64,000 bases of DNA, taken from the NCBI GenBank assembly GCA_035402765.1, contig DAONDX010000007.1, positions 14,281 to 78,280 on the forward strand, read 5' to 3'. The position numbers were made by a program, and so were the translations under genes. The notes below the pieces were generated by a model. That model was given only the letters and a program-made list of their open reading frames with translations. It was not told where the DNA came from and made no database searches. Every line of letters starts with the position of its first letter. Position 1 is the stretch's first letter. This document shows positions 39,189-48,883 of the stretch, one piece after another. This DNA is from Candidatus Omnitrophota bacterium. GTDB taxonomy: Bacteria; Omnitrophota; Gorgyraeia; Gygaellales; Profunditerraquicolaceae.

Positions 39189-39996
39189 TTTACGCAAACC
39201 GGTTGTCGCTGGGCAGTTTTATCCGGAGGCACCCGGTGAACTTAAGGCTTTGATTGCTTCTTTTGCGGATAAAACAACGCTTAAGACTGATTGTCTTGGG
39301 TGCATTTTGCCGCATGCCGGGTATATTTATTCGGGTAAAGTTGCGGTCTGCGCTGTTTCCAGGGTAAATATTAAAGATACAGTAATACTTTTAGGCCCGA
39401 ACCACACCGGGCAAGGGGCGGTTTTCAGTATCATGCCCAAAGGCACCTGGCAGACGCCTTTAGGCAAACTGGAAATCAACAGCTCTCTGGCAGAGTTGTT
39501 CTTAAAAAAATCCAGGTATTTAACTGCGGATAACTTGGCGCATGCGGATGAACACTCCTTGGAAGTAGAACTGCCGATTTTACAGTATTTTAGGAATGAT
39601 TTTACGATCGTTCCCATTGCGCTTATGTCCGATGACCCGGATGAGCTTAATGCTGTTGCCGCAGAGCTGGCTTCGGTCATTTTGGAAAATGATTTGAAAA
39701 ATTCGGTGTTGTTTTTGGCCAGTTCCGATATGACGCATTATGAACCGCAATCCAGCGCTGAAAAGAAGGATGCCGCGGCGATTGAGGCAATTTTAGATTT
39801 AGACGAAAAAAAACTAAAAGAGGTAATTGAGAAATTTAAAGTTTCGATGTGCGGTTTTGCGCCGGTTGCGGTTTTGCTTAAAACCGCTAAACTGCTTGGG
39901 GCAAAAGGTGCAAAATTAATTAAATATCAAACCAGCGGACAGGTCAGCGGCGATCAAAGCAGCGTTGTGGGCTATGCCGGAATCACTATCAATTAA
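39172..39996 (+). CDS. AmmeMemoRadiSam system protein B (MEMO1 family)
   Basis: VVAGQFYPE hallmark N-terminus, ILPHAGYIYSG, LGPNHTG, 274 aa. Confidence 0.85.
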   Translation: MMSRINLRKPVVAGQFYPEAPGELKALIASFADKTTLKTDCLGCILPHAGYIYSGKVAVCAVSRVNIKDTVILLGPNHTGQGAVFSIMPKGTWQTPLGKLEINSSLAELFLKKSRYLTADNLAHADEHSLEVELPILQYFRNDFTIVPIALMSDDPDELNAVAAELASVILENDLKNSVLFLASSDMTHYEPQSSAEKKDAAAIEAILDLDEKKLKEVIEKFKVSMCGFAPVAVLLKTAKLLGAKGAKLIKYQTSGQVSGDQSSVVGYAGITIN

Positions 39997-39999
39997 ACC

Positions 40000-40347
40000 A
40001 TGGATGAGATAAAAAAGAAGGTTGATGAAAATTGGAAGCAGAGTGTTGAAAAAGAAAAATTGCAGCCCAAAGTTCCGGGTGAGATGGTCCCCCCGGAGCC
40101 GGATTTTAAATTTTTTATAACTACTCTTACTTTGCAGGCATCAATTGCCCTGGGGCATATGGCAAATCCGGCTACCGGTAAGACCGAGGAAGACCCCGCT
40201 CAGGCAAAATTCCTGATTGATACTTTAGGCATGCTTCAGGAAAAAACCAAGGGTAATCTTACTCAGGAAGAAATGGATCTTTTTGAAAATTTATTATACG
40301 AATTAAGGGTGGCTTATTTGGCCAAGAAGGATCAACAGGCGAAATGA
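40000..40347 (+). CDS. DUF1844-like small conserved protein
   Basis: 115 aa; the FFITTLTLQASIALGHMANPATGK...LIDTLGMLQEKTKGNLTQEE pattern. Confidence 0.55.
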   Translation: MDEIKKKVDENWKQSVEKEKLQPKVPGEMVPPEPDFKFFITTLTLQASIALGHMANPATGKTEEDPAQAKFLIDTLGMLQEKTKGNLTQEEMDLFENLLYELRVAYLAKKDQQAK

Positions 40348-40499
40348 TTGATAAAGAACTATTAGCTATCCTGGCTTGTCCGGCTTGCCAGGGGGATGTG
40401 GAATTAATCAAGGATAAAATTGTTTGTAAAAAATGCGGTAAAAAATACCCGGTACGCCGGGGAATTCCGGTAATGTTAGTGGATGAAGCGGAAGATTAG
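40344..40499 (+). CDS. Trm112-family zinc-ribbon protein
   Basis: Not in the ORF track (51 aa): [21 protein letters not shown]...[26 protein letters not shown] overlap with the upstream gene. Confidence 0.8.
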   Translation: MIDKELLAILACPACQGDVELIKDKIVCKKCGKKYPVRRGIPVMLVDEAED

Positions 40500-40570
40500 G
40501 CCGGAGTAATATCAAGAAGATGCGGTCTAAAATCATAAGCTTCAACGATTATATAAAAGGAAGGTGCGGG

Positions 40571-41020
40571 GTGAAAAAAATTTTAGTTATTCACGGGCCT
40601 AATTTAAATCTTCTGGGAACCCGCGAGCCGGGAGTTTACGGCCGGCTGACTTTAGATAAGATCAACCAAATGCTTAAAAGTGCCGCTAAAAAAAGCGCCG
40701 CCCGCTTGGTAATTAAGCAGTCTAACCATGAGGGCCAGATTGTGGATTTGCTTGGCCAGGCTAAAAAGCATAAATTTCAGGGGATCTTGATAAATCCGGC
40801 TGCTTATACCCATACCAGTGTAGCGGTGCGGGATGCGGTAGCGGCCTGCGGATTAAACGTCGTGGAAGTGCATCTTTCCAATATTTATTCCCGTGAGAAG
40901 TTTAGGCATAAATCATTGATCAGCCCGGTGGCCAGCGGTACTATCTTAGGATTCGGGCCTCAAAGTTATATTTTGGGCTTGGCTGCTCTCCTTGACCTGC
41001 TTGATCCAGCGCGTTGCTGA
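40571..41020 (+). CDS. aroQ: type II 3-dehydroquinate dehydratase
   Basis: [22 protein letters not shown]...[15 protein letters not shown] start at 40571 with an AAGGAAGG SD is preferred. Confidence 0.88.
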   Translation: MKKILVIHGPNLNLLGTREPGVYGRLTLDKINQMLKSAAKKSAARLVIKQSNHEGQIVDLLGQAKKHKFQGILINPAAYTHTSVAVRDAVAACGLNVVEVHLSNIYSREKFRHKSLISPVASGTILGFGPQSYILGLAALLDLLDPARC

Positions 41021-41132
41021 TAAGCATGGCCAAGGATGGGTTTAATCCCTGCCAAATGAATCCCGCAGCTGCTGAATATTTAAATATTAAGATCGTAGAG
41101 CTTAAAGAATTAAATAAGAAAGCAGGTGCGGA

Positions 41133-42194
41133 ATGAACTCTCGCCTAAAGAGCATATATTCCCAATTAAAACAGAGAGGCTTAGACGGCCTCTTGGTTAG
41201 CTTACCGGCTAACGTTTCTTATTTGACTGAATCTTTAAGCCGCGATGCCTATCTTTTAGTTTCCGCAAAAGAAAATATCTATTTTACCGATTCCCGTTAC
41301 ACCGAAGAAGCCAAAGCTTTTTTAAAAGATAATGCTTTGCTTAAAGAATGTAACGGCGGGGTGTTTAAGCATATCGCTGAAACCGCTCTTGATTTGGGGC
41401 TTAAAACAATAGGTTTTGAAGAAAGATACCTGCCGTTTGCGGAATTTACTAAAGTTAAGGAATATTCAAGGGGAAAGTTCGGTTTGGTGCCGACGCACAG
41501 TATAATCGAAGATAAAAGGCAGGTAAAAGATGCTCAGGAAATCGCTAAACTTAAGCAAGCTGCCCGGATTACTGTGATGGCTTTAGATCATATTAAGAAG
41601 TTTCTTGCCCCCGGCGTTAAAGAAATCGAAATAGTGGCTGAACTTGAGCGTTTTATGAGGTATCACGGCAGCCAAGGGCCGGCTTTTGATATAATTGTGG
41701 CTGCGGGGGCTAATTCCAGCCAGCCGCATCATCTTTCCGGGACACGGAAACTGAAAGATAATGAACCGGTCCTTATTGATTTAGGGGTTAACTACCAAGG
41801 ATATAAATCTGACTTGACAAGGGTTTTGTTTTTGGGTAAAATAAATATTCTTGTCCGTAAGGTTTACGACATTGTTCTTCGTGCCCAGGAATTGGCGATC
41901 AAAATGATCCGGCCTGGCGCTGAAATGGCTGAAATTGATAGGGTTGCGCGGGAATACATTGCCAGCCAAGGTTATGGCGCATGTTTTACGCATAATCTGG
42001 GCCATGGTTTCGGCTTAGAGATACATGAAGCTCCGCATATCAGCGGCCGGGAAGCCAGCGCGCTTAAGCCGGGTATGACTTTTACGGTGGAACCGGGGAT
42101 ATACCTTCCGGGCAAATTTGGTATCAGAATCGAGGATATGGTTTTAATAACAACTAAAAGCTGTGAGGTGATCAGTGGCGCTAGGCATAAATGA
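41133..42194 (+). CDS. pepP: Xaa-Pro aminopeptidase (M24B family)
   Basis: 353 aa with the creatinase-like N-domain and M24 metal ligands (DLG..D, HNLGHGFGLEIHE, E..E). Confidence 0.85.
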   Translation: MNSRLKSIYSQLKQRGLDGLLVSLPANVSYLTESLSRDAYLLVSAKENIYFTDSRYTEEAKAFLKDNALLKECNGGVFKHIAETALDLGLKTIGFEERYLPFAEFTKVKEYSRGKFGLVPTHSIIEDKRQVKDAQEIAKLKQAARITVMALDHIKKFLAPGVKEIEIVAELERFMRYHGSQGPAFDIIVAAGANSSQPHHLSGTRKLKDNEPVLIDLGVNYQGYKSDLTRVLFLGKINILVRKVYDIVLRAQELAIKMIRPGAEMAEIDRVAREYIASQGYGACFTHNLGHGFGLEIHEAPHISGREASALKPGMTFTVEPGIYLPGKFGIRIEDMVLITTKSCEVISGARHK

Positions 42195-42741
42195 AATCAA
42201 ATCAGGAGTAACAATTTTAGTTGAAGGTGAAGTTTATATGTGTATTGATGCTCAGCATGTAAAGCCGGGCAAGGGAGCGGCTTTTGTGCGGGCCAGGCTG
42301 CGTAATTTAAGGAATGATAATATTCAGGAAAAGACTTTTCGCGGCGAAGAGAAGATCGATGAGGCTTATATCGAGGAACGCAAGCTGCAATATCAGTATG
42401 CCAGCGCTGGAATGTTTCATTTTATGGATACGGAAAATTTCGAGGAAATCGCTATATCGGAAAAAATTATCGCCGATAAAGCTAAACTCTTAAAAGATAA
42501 TCTGGAAATTACGGGTTATTTTTATAAAGGCGAAACGCTATTTGTTAATCTGCCAAATTTTATCGAATTCACCATTGTGGAAACCGAACCCGGGTTTAAA
42601 GGTGATTCATCAAAAAGCGGGAATAAGCCGGCTACTGTGGATACCGGAGCAGTGATTCCGGTTCCCCTGTTTATTAATGTGGGGGACAAGATCAAAGTAG
42701 ATACGCGTACCGGCGGCACTTATGTTGAGAGGATCAACTAA
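42175..42741 (+). CDS. efp: elongation factor P
   Basis: 188 aa; KPGKGAAFVRARLRNL loop. The aroQ-pepP-efp-accBC order is conserved. Confidence 0.9.
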   Translation: MALGINEIKSGVTILVEGEVYMCIDAQHVKPGKGAAFVRARLRNLRNDNIQEKTFRGEEKIDEAYIEERKLQYQYASAGMFHFMDTENFEEIAISEKIIADKAKLLKDNLEITGYFYKGETLFVNLPNFIEFTIVETEPGFKGDSSKSGNKPATVDTGAVIPVPLFINVGDKIKVDTRTGGTYVERIN

Positions 42742-42754
42742 GCAGGTAAACTTT

Positions 42755-42887
42755 GCCTCAGAAGCACGCAAAAATTCTTTAGAATTTTTGCGATTCGGCG
42801 AAGTAAATTCGCAGACGGCCTGGCGGCCTATGACTCACCTGGGCTATCGGCACTGTAAGTCGTCTGCTCATTTAAAGGAGTTTTTAA
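42755..42887 (+). repeat. repeat family B copy 2: ~130-nt structured leader directly 5' of accB
   Basis: Same architecture as copy 1. Hairpin CGCAAAAATTC/GAATTTTTGCG (U-A to C-G covariation), GCAGACG/CGTCTGC stem (G.U to G-C), then AAGGAG SD and ATG. Confidence 0.65.
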
Positions 42888-43346
42888 ATGAACATTAAAG
42901 AAATTAAAGAAATGATTAATTTGATGAACGAAAATGGTTTGGCTGAGCTGGAGGTAGAGAAGGATGATATGCGTATCCGCCTCAAGAAAACCGCTACCGG
43001 TTTTGAAGGGACGCAGGCTCCGATAATTTACTCAGCCCAAGCTCCCGCCGCCGGGGCAGCTAATCTGCAGAGCGCGGGCCAGCCTGAAGAGAAGATTGTA
43101 ATTAAAACGGTGGAGATTAAATCTCCCATGGTGGGAACTTTTTACCGCGCGCCAAATCCCGAAGCCCCGCCGTATGTTGAGATCGGCCAGGTAATTGAGC
43201 CAGGCCAGGTAATTTGTATTATTGAAGCGATGAAGTTGATGAATGAAATAAAATCCGAGATCAAAGGAAAAATTCTGGAAATTTTAGTTGATAATGCTGA
43301 ACCGGTAGAGTTCGGTCAATCGCTTTTTCTTATTGACCCGCTTTAA
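42888..43346 (+). CDS. accB: biotin carboxyl carrier protein of acetyl-CoA carboxylase
   Basis: 152 aa with the EAMKLMNEI biotinyl-lysine motif. Confidence 0.92.
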   Translation: MNIKEIKEMINLMNENGLAELEVEKDDMRIRLKKTATGFEGTQAPIIYSAQAPAAGAANLQSAGQPEEKIVIKTVEIKSPMVGTFYRAPNPEAPPYVEIGQVIEPGQVICIIEAMKLMNEIKSEIKGKILEILVDNAEPVEFGQSLFLIDPL

Positions 43347-43356
43347 TTCATAAAAG

Positions 43357-44718
43357 ATGTTTTCTAAAATTCTCATTGCTAATCGAGGCGAAATCGCCTT
43401 AAGAATAATCCGTGCCTGTCATGAGATGGGCATTCGTACCGTGGCTGTCTATTCTCAGGCTGACCGCAATAGTCTGCATGTGCGTTTTGCGGATGAAGCA
43501 ATCTGCATTGGCCAGGCATCTTCTACCAATAGTTATTTAAATATCCCCGCAATTATCAGTGCCGCTGAAATTACCGATGTTGAAGCTATTCATCCGGGTT
43601 ATGGTTTTTTGGCGGAAAACGCGCATTTTGCCGAAATATGCCAATCTTGTAAAATAAATTTTATCGGGCCGACCCCCGAAAATATGCGTTTGATGGGCGA
43701 TAAAATGGCCGCCCGTACTTCGATGCAAAAAGCCGGCCTGCCGATTGTCCCCGGAAGCCGGGCGATTATTAAAAGCAAAGATGAAGCGTTAAAGACCGCT
43801 AAATCTATTGGTTACCCGGTAATTATTAAGGCGGCTGCCGGCGGCGGCGGCAAAGGGATGCGTATTTGCCACAATGATCTGACTTTGGTTTCAAGCTTGC
43901 TGACCGCTCAAACTGAAGCTGAAGCGAACTTTGGCAATTCCAGCGTTTATATCGAAAAATATATTGAAAGGCCGCGTCATATTGAAGTACAGATTATCGC
44001 CGATCGCTCCGGGCATGTCGTGCAATTGGGTGAAAGAGATTGCAGCATCCAGCGGCGGCATCAAAAACTATTGGAGGAGTCGCCTTCCCCGGCTGTTGAT
44101 AGCAAGATGCGGCGTAAACTGGGCGAAATGGTCTTAAAAGGGATGAAGTCGATTAATTACATCAGCTGCGGAACGATCGAATTTTTGCTGGATGAAAAAA
44201 CCGGGAATTTTTATTTTATGGAGATGAATACGCGTATTCAGGTCGAGCATCCGGTCACCGAAATGGTTACTGGTATTGATCTGATCAAAGAGCAGATCCG
44301 GGTGGCATCTGGAGAAAAGCTTAAGTTTGGCCAGGATGATGTGCAGCTGCGCGGTGCGGCCATTGAATGCCGGATTAATGCGGAGGATGCGGATAATAAT
44401 TTTATGCCTTCTCCCGGTAAGATAGAAACTTTGATCCTCCCCGGAGGGCCGAATGTGCGTGTGGACACGCATATTTATGCCGGTTATGAAGTGCCGGCTT
44501 ATTATGATTCGCTGGTGGCTAAATTGATTGTCCACGGGAATAACCGTCAGGAGGCGATCAGGACTATGCGCCGGGCTTTAAGTGAATTTTATATTGCGCC
44601 GATTAAGACGACCATACCTTTTCATCTTAAATTAATGGATAATCCGTTATTTAAAAAAGGGGATATCTCGACGCATTTTGTACAGGATCTTTTAGCTAAT
44701 GAAAGCAAGGGGGAATAG
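43357..44718 (+). CDS. accC: biotin carboxylase
   Basis: 453 aa; ATP-grasp, [15 protein letters not shown]. Confidence 0.95.
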   Translation: MFSKILIANRGEIALRIIRACHEMGIRTVAVYSQADRNSLHVRFADEAICIGQASSTNSYLNIPAIISAAEITDVEAIHPGYGFLAENAHFAEICQSCKINFIGPTPENMRLMGDKMAARTSMQKAGLPIVPGSRAIIKSKDEALKTAKSIGYPVIIKAAAGGGGKGMRICHNDLTLVSSLLTAQTEAEANFGNSSVYIEKYIERPRHIEVQIIADRSGHVVQLGERDCSIQRRHQKLLEESPSPAVDSKMRRKLGEMVLKGMKSINYISCGTIEFLLDEKTGNFYFMEMNTRIQVEHPVTEMVTGIDLIKEQIRVASGEKLKFGQDDVQLRGAAIECRINAEDADNNFMPSPGKIETLILPGGPNVRVDTHIYAGYEVPAYYDSLVAKLIVHGNNRQEAIRTMRRALSEFYIAPIKTTIPFHLKLMDNPLFKKGDISTHFVQDLLANESKGE

Positions 44719-45072
44719 ATGAACCGCGATGAATCCCGGAATGAATTAGGCGTTTTAAGGATACATAAAAATGTGATCTCATCAATATCTTCGATTGCGG
44801 CTATTGAGATCGAAGGGGTCAAAAGGGTAGGCAAAGATTTTAAAAGCGGGCTAGCGGAATTGCTAGGTAAAAAGTTTTCTTCAGCGATTAAGGTTGAGAT
44901 ATCCAAGAATGAAGAGGTTAAAGTGGAGATACCGCTGGTGATTAAATACGGATACAATATACCGGAAATCGCCAATCGCGTGCAGGAGAATGTGCGGCTG
45001 GCCTTGGAGAAAATGAGCAATCTTTCCATTAAAGAAGTTAATGTAAGTGTGCAGGGCATAGAAAGGGGCTAA
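44719..45072 (+). CDS. Asp23/Gls24 family alkaline shock protein
   Basis: 117 aa; ISSISSIAAIEIEGVKRV is the family signature. Confidence 0.75.
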   Translation: MNRDESRNELGVLRIHKNVISSISSIAAIEIEGVKRVGKDFKSGLAELLGKKFSSAIKVEISKNEEVKVEIPLVIKYGYNIPEIANRVQENVRLALEKMSNLSIKEVNVSVQGIERG

Positions 45073-45074
45073 AC

Positions 45075-45683
45075 ATGAAATTTTTTACCGTTTTAGGGAT
45101 CGTGTTTTATGCTGTGGTGATCATGGTGATTGGTTTAGCGTTGATTGTATTTGCTCTAAATTTGCTCTTGCCTGCTGATATCAATAGCCTGCTTATTTTA
45201 GCCCAGAGCAGCCAGAATTCCCGGGTGGTCATCGGGCTTTCCGGATTGCTGCTGATTTTAATCAGTTTTTCTTTTGCTCAGGTTATCCTGGGAAAATTCC
45301 AAAGAGAAAAAACCATCGCTTTTACTACTTCCAGCGGACAGGTCACGATTTCACTTTCGGCGGTTGAGGATTTGATCCGCCGCTTAGCGGTGATCATCCC
45401 GGAAGTGAAAGAACTCCGGCCCAATGTTATAGCTAATAAAAAAGGTATTATTGTCGAAATGCGCGTGGTTTTACGTTCCGAAGCTAACATCCCGGATTTA
45501 ACCGGGCGTCTTCAGGATATAACTAAGTCTAAAATTCAGGAAGTCTTGGGGGTCGATGAGCAGATTATTATCAGAATTCATGTGGCTAAGATCGCTCATG
45601 ATGAAAAAGATAATCGCCGCAAGAAAGATTTTGAGAAGGAAGACCGTTCAACTATCCCGTTTAGCGGGTACGGACGGATATAA
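45075..45683 (+). CDS. alkaline shock response membrane anchor protein (AmaP-like)
   Basis: 202 aa with N-terminal TM helices, downstream of the Asp23 gene as in the amaP-asp23 pairing. Confidence 0.6.
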   Translation: MKFFTVLGIVFYAVVIMVIGLALIVFALNLLLPADINSLLILAQSSQNSRVVIGLSGLLLILISFSFAQVILGKFQREKTIAFTTSSGQVTISLSAVEDLIRRLAVIIPEVKELRPNVIANKKGIIVEMRVVLRSEANIPDLTGRLQDITKSKIQEVLGVDEQIIIRIHVAKIAHDEKDNRRKKDFEKEDRSTIPFSGYGRI

Positions 45684-45715
45684 TTTATTAAAGAATTAAG
45701 AAAGGGGAAACAGAA

Positions 45716-46744
45716 ATGGCAAGGATCGGTATTCTTACAGGCGGTGGTGATTGTCCGGGATTAAATCCGGTTATCCGGGCGGTAGTGCGTAGAGCTTTAT
45801 TGGCAAATTATGAAATTGTGGGCATAAAAAATGGCTGGAAAGGATTAGTTGAGAATGACACCATGCCTTTGAATATTAATACTGTTTCAGGTATCCTGCC
45901 TAAGGGCGGAACAATCCTGGGGACCAGCCGTACGAACCCGTATAAAAAGGAAGATGACTTAAAAAAGGTTAAAGATAATTTTAAAAAGATGGGTTTAGAT
46001 GCCCTGGTGGCGGTAGGCGGAGAAGATACTTTGGGAGTAGCCTCCAAGCTTTTTCAGGACGGGTTAGCCGTAGTGGGGGTTCCCAAGACGATTGATAATG
46101 ATCTATCAGCTACAGATTATACTTTTGGTTTTGATACCGCTTTGAATGTGGCGATGGAATGTATCGACCGGCTGCATACTACTGCGGAAAGTCATCATCG
46201 GGTTATTGTTGCCGAGGTGATGGGCAGGCATGCCGGCTGGATCGCTATTGAAGCAGGTATCGCCGGCGGAGCAGATGTGATTCTGATCCCGGAGAAACCT
46301 ATCGATCTGGATGAAGTTTGTAAGATCATTAAACATAGGCATGAACGGGGCAAGACTTTTAGCATTGTGGTTGTGGCAGAAGGCGCTCAGTTCAAAGATG
46401 GTACGATGGTCACTCAAGAACAAAAGCTAGATGCTTTCGGCCATGTCAGGCTGGGCGGTATCGGAGAGAATTTAGGCGAGTTGATCGAAAAAAGAACCGG
46501 TTTTGAAACCCGGGTTAGTGTCCTTGGCCATATTCAAAGAGGCGGATCACCTACTGCTTTTGACCGGGTGTTAGGCACGCGTTTTGGCGTTAAAGCGGTG
46601 GAATTGGTGATCAATAAGAAATTTGGTCAAATGGTGGCCTTAGCGGGAAATAAAATTATTGATGTGCCTTTAACGGAAGCGGTAAAAGATTTAAAAACCG
46701 TAGATAGTGAGCTTTACGATATTGCCAAAGTATTTTTTGGATAA
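45716..46744 (+). CDS. pfk: 6-phosphofructokinase (signature suggests PPi-dependent type)
   Basis: GGGDCPGLN, GGEDT, PKTIDND, MGR. The Lys in PKTIDND and acidic residue in GGED are typical of PPi-PFKs. Confidence 0.85.
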   Translation: MARIGILTGGGDCPGLNPVIRAVVRRALLANYEIVGIKNGWKGLVENDTMPLNINTVSGILPKGGTILGTSRTNPYKKEDDLKKVKDNFKKMGLDALVAVGGEDTLGVASKLFQDGLAVVGVPKTIDNDLSATDYTFGFDTALNVAMECIDRLHTTAESHHRVIVAEVMGRHAGWIAIEAGIAGGADVILIPEKPIDLDEVCKIIKHRHERGKTFSIVVVAEGAQFKDGTMVTQEQKLDAFGHVRLGGIGENLGELIEKRTGFETRVSVLGHIQRGGSPTAFDRVLGTRFGVKAVELVINKKFGQMVALAGNKIIDVPLTEAVKDLKTVDSELYDIAKVFFG

Positions 46745-46830
46745 TCAGGCTAACGTTAAATAACTTTACCTTGTCAAAGGGCAGGCGGCGCTAATTGGAA
46801 CCGCGTCGATGTCCTCCAGGCGGAGGAAAA

Positions 46831-47409
46831 ATGCGCGAAAGAATAAAAGATATACTTTTAGAGAGTATTCAGGTAAAAGAAGAGATTTTGCGTAATCAGA
46901 TTGTTCAGATCGCCGAGATTGCCCAGCTCATGATTGATTGTCTCAAAAAAGACGGTAAAGTAATCGTTTTTGGCAACGGCGGTTCAGCCAGCGATAGCCA
47001 GCATATTGCCGCAGAGTTAGTCGGCCGTTTTAAAAAAGACCGTTCAGCATTAGCCGGGATCGCTCTGACTACCAATACTTCGGTGCTTACTTCTTTGGCC
47101 AATGATTATGGCTATGATGTTGTTTTTTCGCGGCAGGTGGAAGCACTGGGCAAGAAGAACGATGTAGTAATCGGAATATCTACCAGCGGAAAAGCTAAGA
47201 ATGTTGCTTTAGGAATTAAACAGGCTAAAAAAATGGGAATTAAGACTATCGCTTTAAGCGGCGGCGACGGCGGGGATATTGTTAAGCTTGCCGATGTAGC
47301 TTTGGTTGTTCCATCTAAAATAACCGCTAGGATCCAGGAAGCCCACATTACGATTGCCCATATAATATGCGAAATGATCGAACAGGCGCTTTGCCAGGAA
47401 CAAAAATAA
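46831..47409 (+). CDS. gmhA: D-sedoheptulose 7-phosphate isomerase (SIS domain)
   Basis: GNGGSASDSQHIAAEL...ISTSGKAKNV. The ATG at 46831 has a GGAGG SD. Confidence 0.85.
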   Translation: MRERIKDILLESIQVKEEILRNQIVQIAEIAQLMIDCLKKDGKVIVFGNGGSASDSQHIAAELVGRFKKDRSALAGIALTTNTSVLTSLANDYGYDVVFSRQVEALGKKNDVVIGISTSGKAKNVALGIKQAKKMGIKTIALSGGDGGDIVKLADVALVVPSKITARIQEAHITIAHIICEMIEQALCQEQK

Positions 47410-47438
47410 TTTCAAACTCCAGCCTTAAACGTAAAATT

Positions 47439-47879
47439 ATGCGGCTTAAGCAGGCCGGCAAGCGCGTAGTTTTTACTAACGGCTGTTTTGATATTTTGCA
47501 TTATGGCCACATTAAATACTTACAGGATGCCCGCAGGAAAGGGGATCTTTTGGTGGTAGCCGTAAATAGCGATTCTTCCATTAAAAAGATTAAAGCAAAA
47601 AATCGTCCGGTGATCGGACAAAGCGATCGTTTAAAAACCTTGGCCGCTTTGGCCTGCGTGGATTTTGTGGTTTTATTTAATGAGAATAACCCTCTGCGTT
47701 TAATCAAGGCGCTTAAGCCGGACGTTTTGATTAAAGGCGCGGATTGGAAAAAGAATAAGATCATCGGGGCGGATTTTGTCACCGGCTACGGCGGAAAGGT
47801 CCTTACCGTTAATTTAGTTAAGGGCCGCTCAACAAGTGCGATCATTGAAAAAATCGTCAGGGATTTCTCAAAAAAATAA
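47439..47879 (+). CDS. rfaE: D-glycero-beta-D-manno-heptose 1-phosphate adenylyltransferase (RfaE domain II-like cytidylyltransferase)
   Basis: VVFTNGCFDILHYGHIKYL...KGADW. The start is uncertain (ATG 47439 versus an upstream in-frame start overlapping gmhA). Confidence 0.8.
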   Translation: MRLKQAGKRVVFTNGCFDILHYGHIKYLQDARRKGDLLVVAVNSDSSIKKIKAKNRPVIGQSDRLKTLAALACVDFVVLFNENNPLRLIKALKPDVLIKGADWKKNKIIGADFVTGYGGKVLTVNLVKGRSTSAIIEKIVRDFSKK

Positions 47880-48297
47880 TATCAGCCGGATAATCGATGC
47901 TAATTTAAACCGGGTAAAAGAAGGATTGCGTGTTTGCGAAGAAATTACCCGGTTTATTCTTGATAATCATAAACTCACCTCTCAATTTAAAGAGGCCAGG
48001 CATCAGATTAACCGCCTGGGCAGCCGGATCTATCCGTCATCTAAACTGCTAAGCCAGCGTCAGGTACGCGCTGATGTAGGAAGATTGAATAGCCGGGGTG
48101 AGCTAAAACGCTTAAACTGCAAAGATGTTTTTTGGGCCAATATCCAGAGAGCCAAAGAAGCCTTACGCGTACTGGAAGAATTTAGTAAGTTAAAAAATAC
48201 CAAGATCGCTTTAAGTTTTAAGCAGCTGCGGTATAAAGTTTATGAAATTGAGAAAGAGTCTTTTAAGAAAATCGCTAGTATACCTGATTCTCGATAG
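47836..48297 (+). CDS. conserved hypothetical protein overlapping thiE (possible N-terminal ThiE-associated domain; frameshift/fusion candidate)
   Basis: 153 aa, basic, IIDANLNRVKEGLRVCEEITRFILDN. Overlaps the thiE start by 56 nt in a different frame. Confidence 0.4.
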   Translation: MRSLKKSSGISQKNNISRIIDANLNRVKEGLRVCEEITRFILDNHKLTSQFKEARHQINRLGSRIYPSSKLLSQRQVRADVGRLNSRGELKRLNCKDVFWANIQRAKEALRVLEEFSKLKNTKIALSFKQLRYKVYEIEKESFKKIASIPDSR

Positions 48298-48883
48298 GCC
48301 CAAATTTTCCAGGTTTTCTTTAAAAAAAATAAAAAGTTTGACCGCGGGTTGTGAAATTGGCCTGATCCAGCTAAGAGATAAGTTTAGTTCTAAGGCGCAG
48401 GTCTTAAAGTTCGCTCTTAAGCTGGCCAAACTTTTAAATTCAACTAAAACGCTCTTTATTGTTAATGATTATCCCGAGATAGCAGCCGCTGCGCAGGCTG
48501 ATGGTGTGCATTTAGGGCAGGATGATCTTTCTTTGAAGCAGGCCAGAGAGATATTAGGTAAAGATAAAATTATCGGTATTTCTTGCCACAATCTTGTCCA
48601 GGCTCAAAAAGCGCAGCGGGATGGCGCCGATTATATTGGCATTGGCCCGGTTTATTCTACTGCTACTAAGCCAGGCTGCCGGCCGATCGGTCTAAAAACA
48701 ATTAAAGAATTAAAAGGTAAGATCAAGATACCTTATTTTGCGATCGGTAATATTAATGAAAGCAATCTGGCGCAGGTTAGATCAACCGGCGTCAGCCGCC
48801 TAGCAGTTTGCCGGGCGATTTTAGAAGCCCAAGATCCCCGGCAGGTAGCCAAGCAATTATATAGGAAATTGAAAAAACCATGA
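48242..48883 (+). CDS. thiE: thiamine-phosphate synthase
   Basis: LVYLILDR...GADYIGIGPVYSTATKP...IGNINESNL. Confidence 0.88.
   Translation: MKLRKSLLRKSLVYLILDRPKFSRFSLKKIKSLTAGCEIGLIQLRDKFSSKAQVLKFALKLAKLLNSTKTLFIVNDYPEIAAAAQADGVHLGQDDLSLKQAREILGKDKIIGISCHNLVQAQKAQRDGADYIGIGPVYSTATKPGCRPIGLKTIKELKGKIKIPYFAIGNINESNLAQVRSTGVSRLAVCRAILEAQDPRQVAKQLYRKLKKP

Noticed and set aside
47880-48300. TPP riboswitch upstream of thiE/thiC
   Set aside because: Expected but not found. No CTGAGA...ACCTGATCTGGATAATGCCAGCG-like THI-box is present in the region, which is coding. Reported as absent rather than as a feature.
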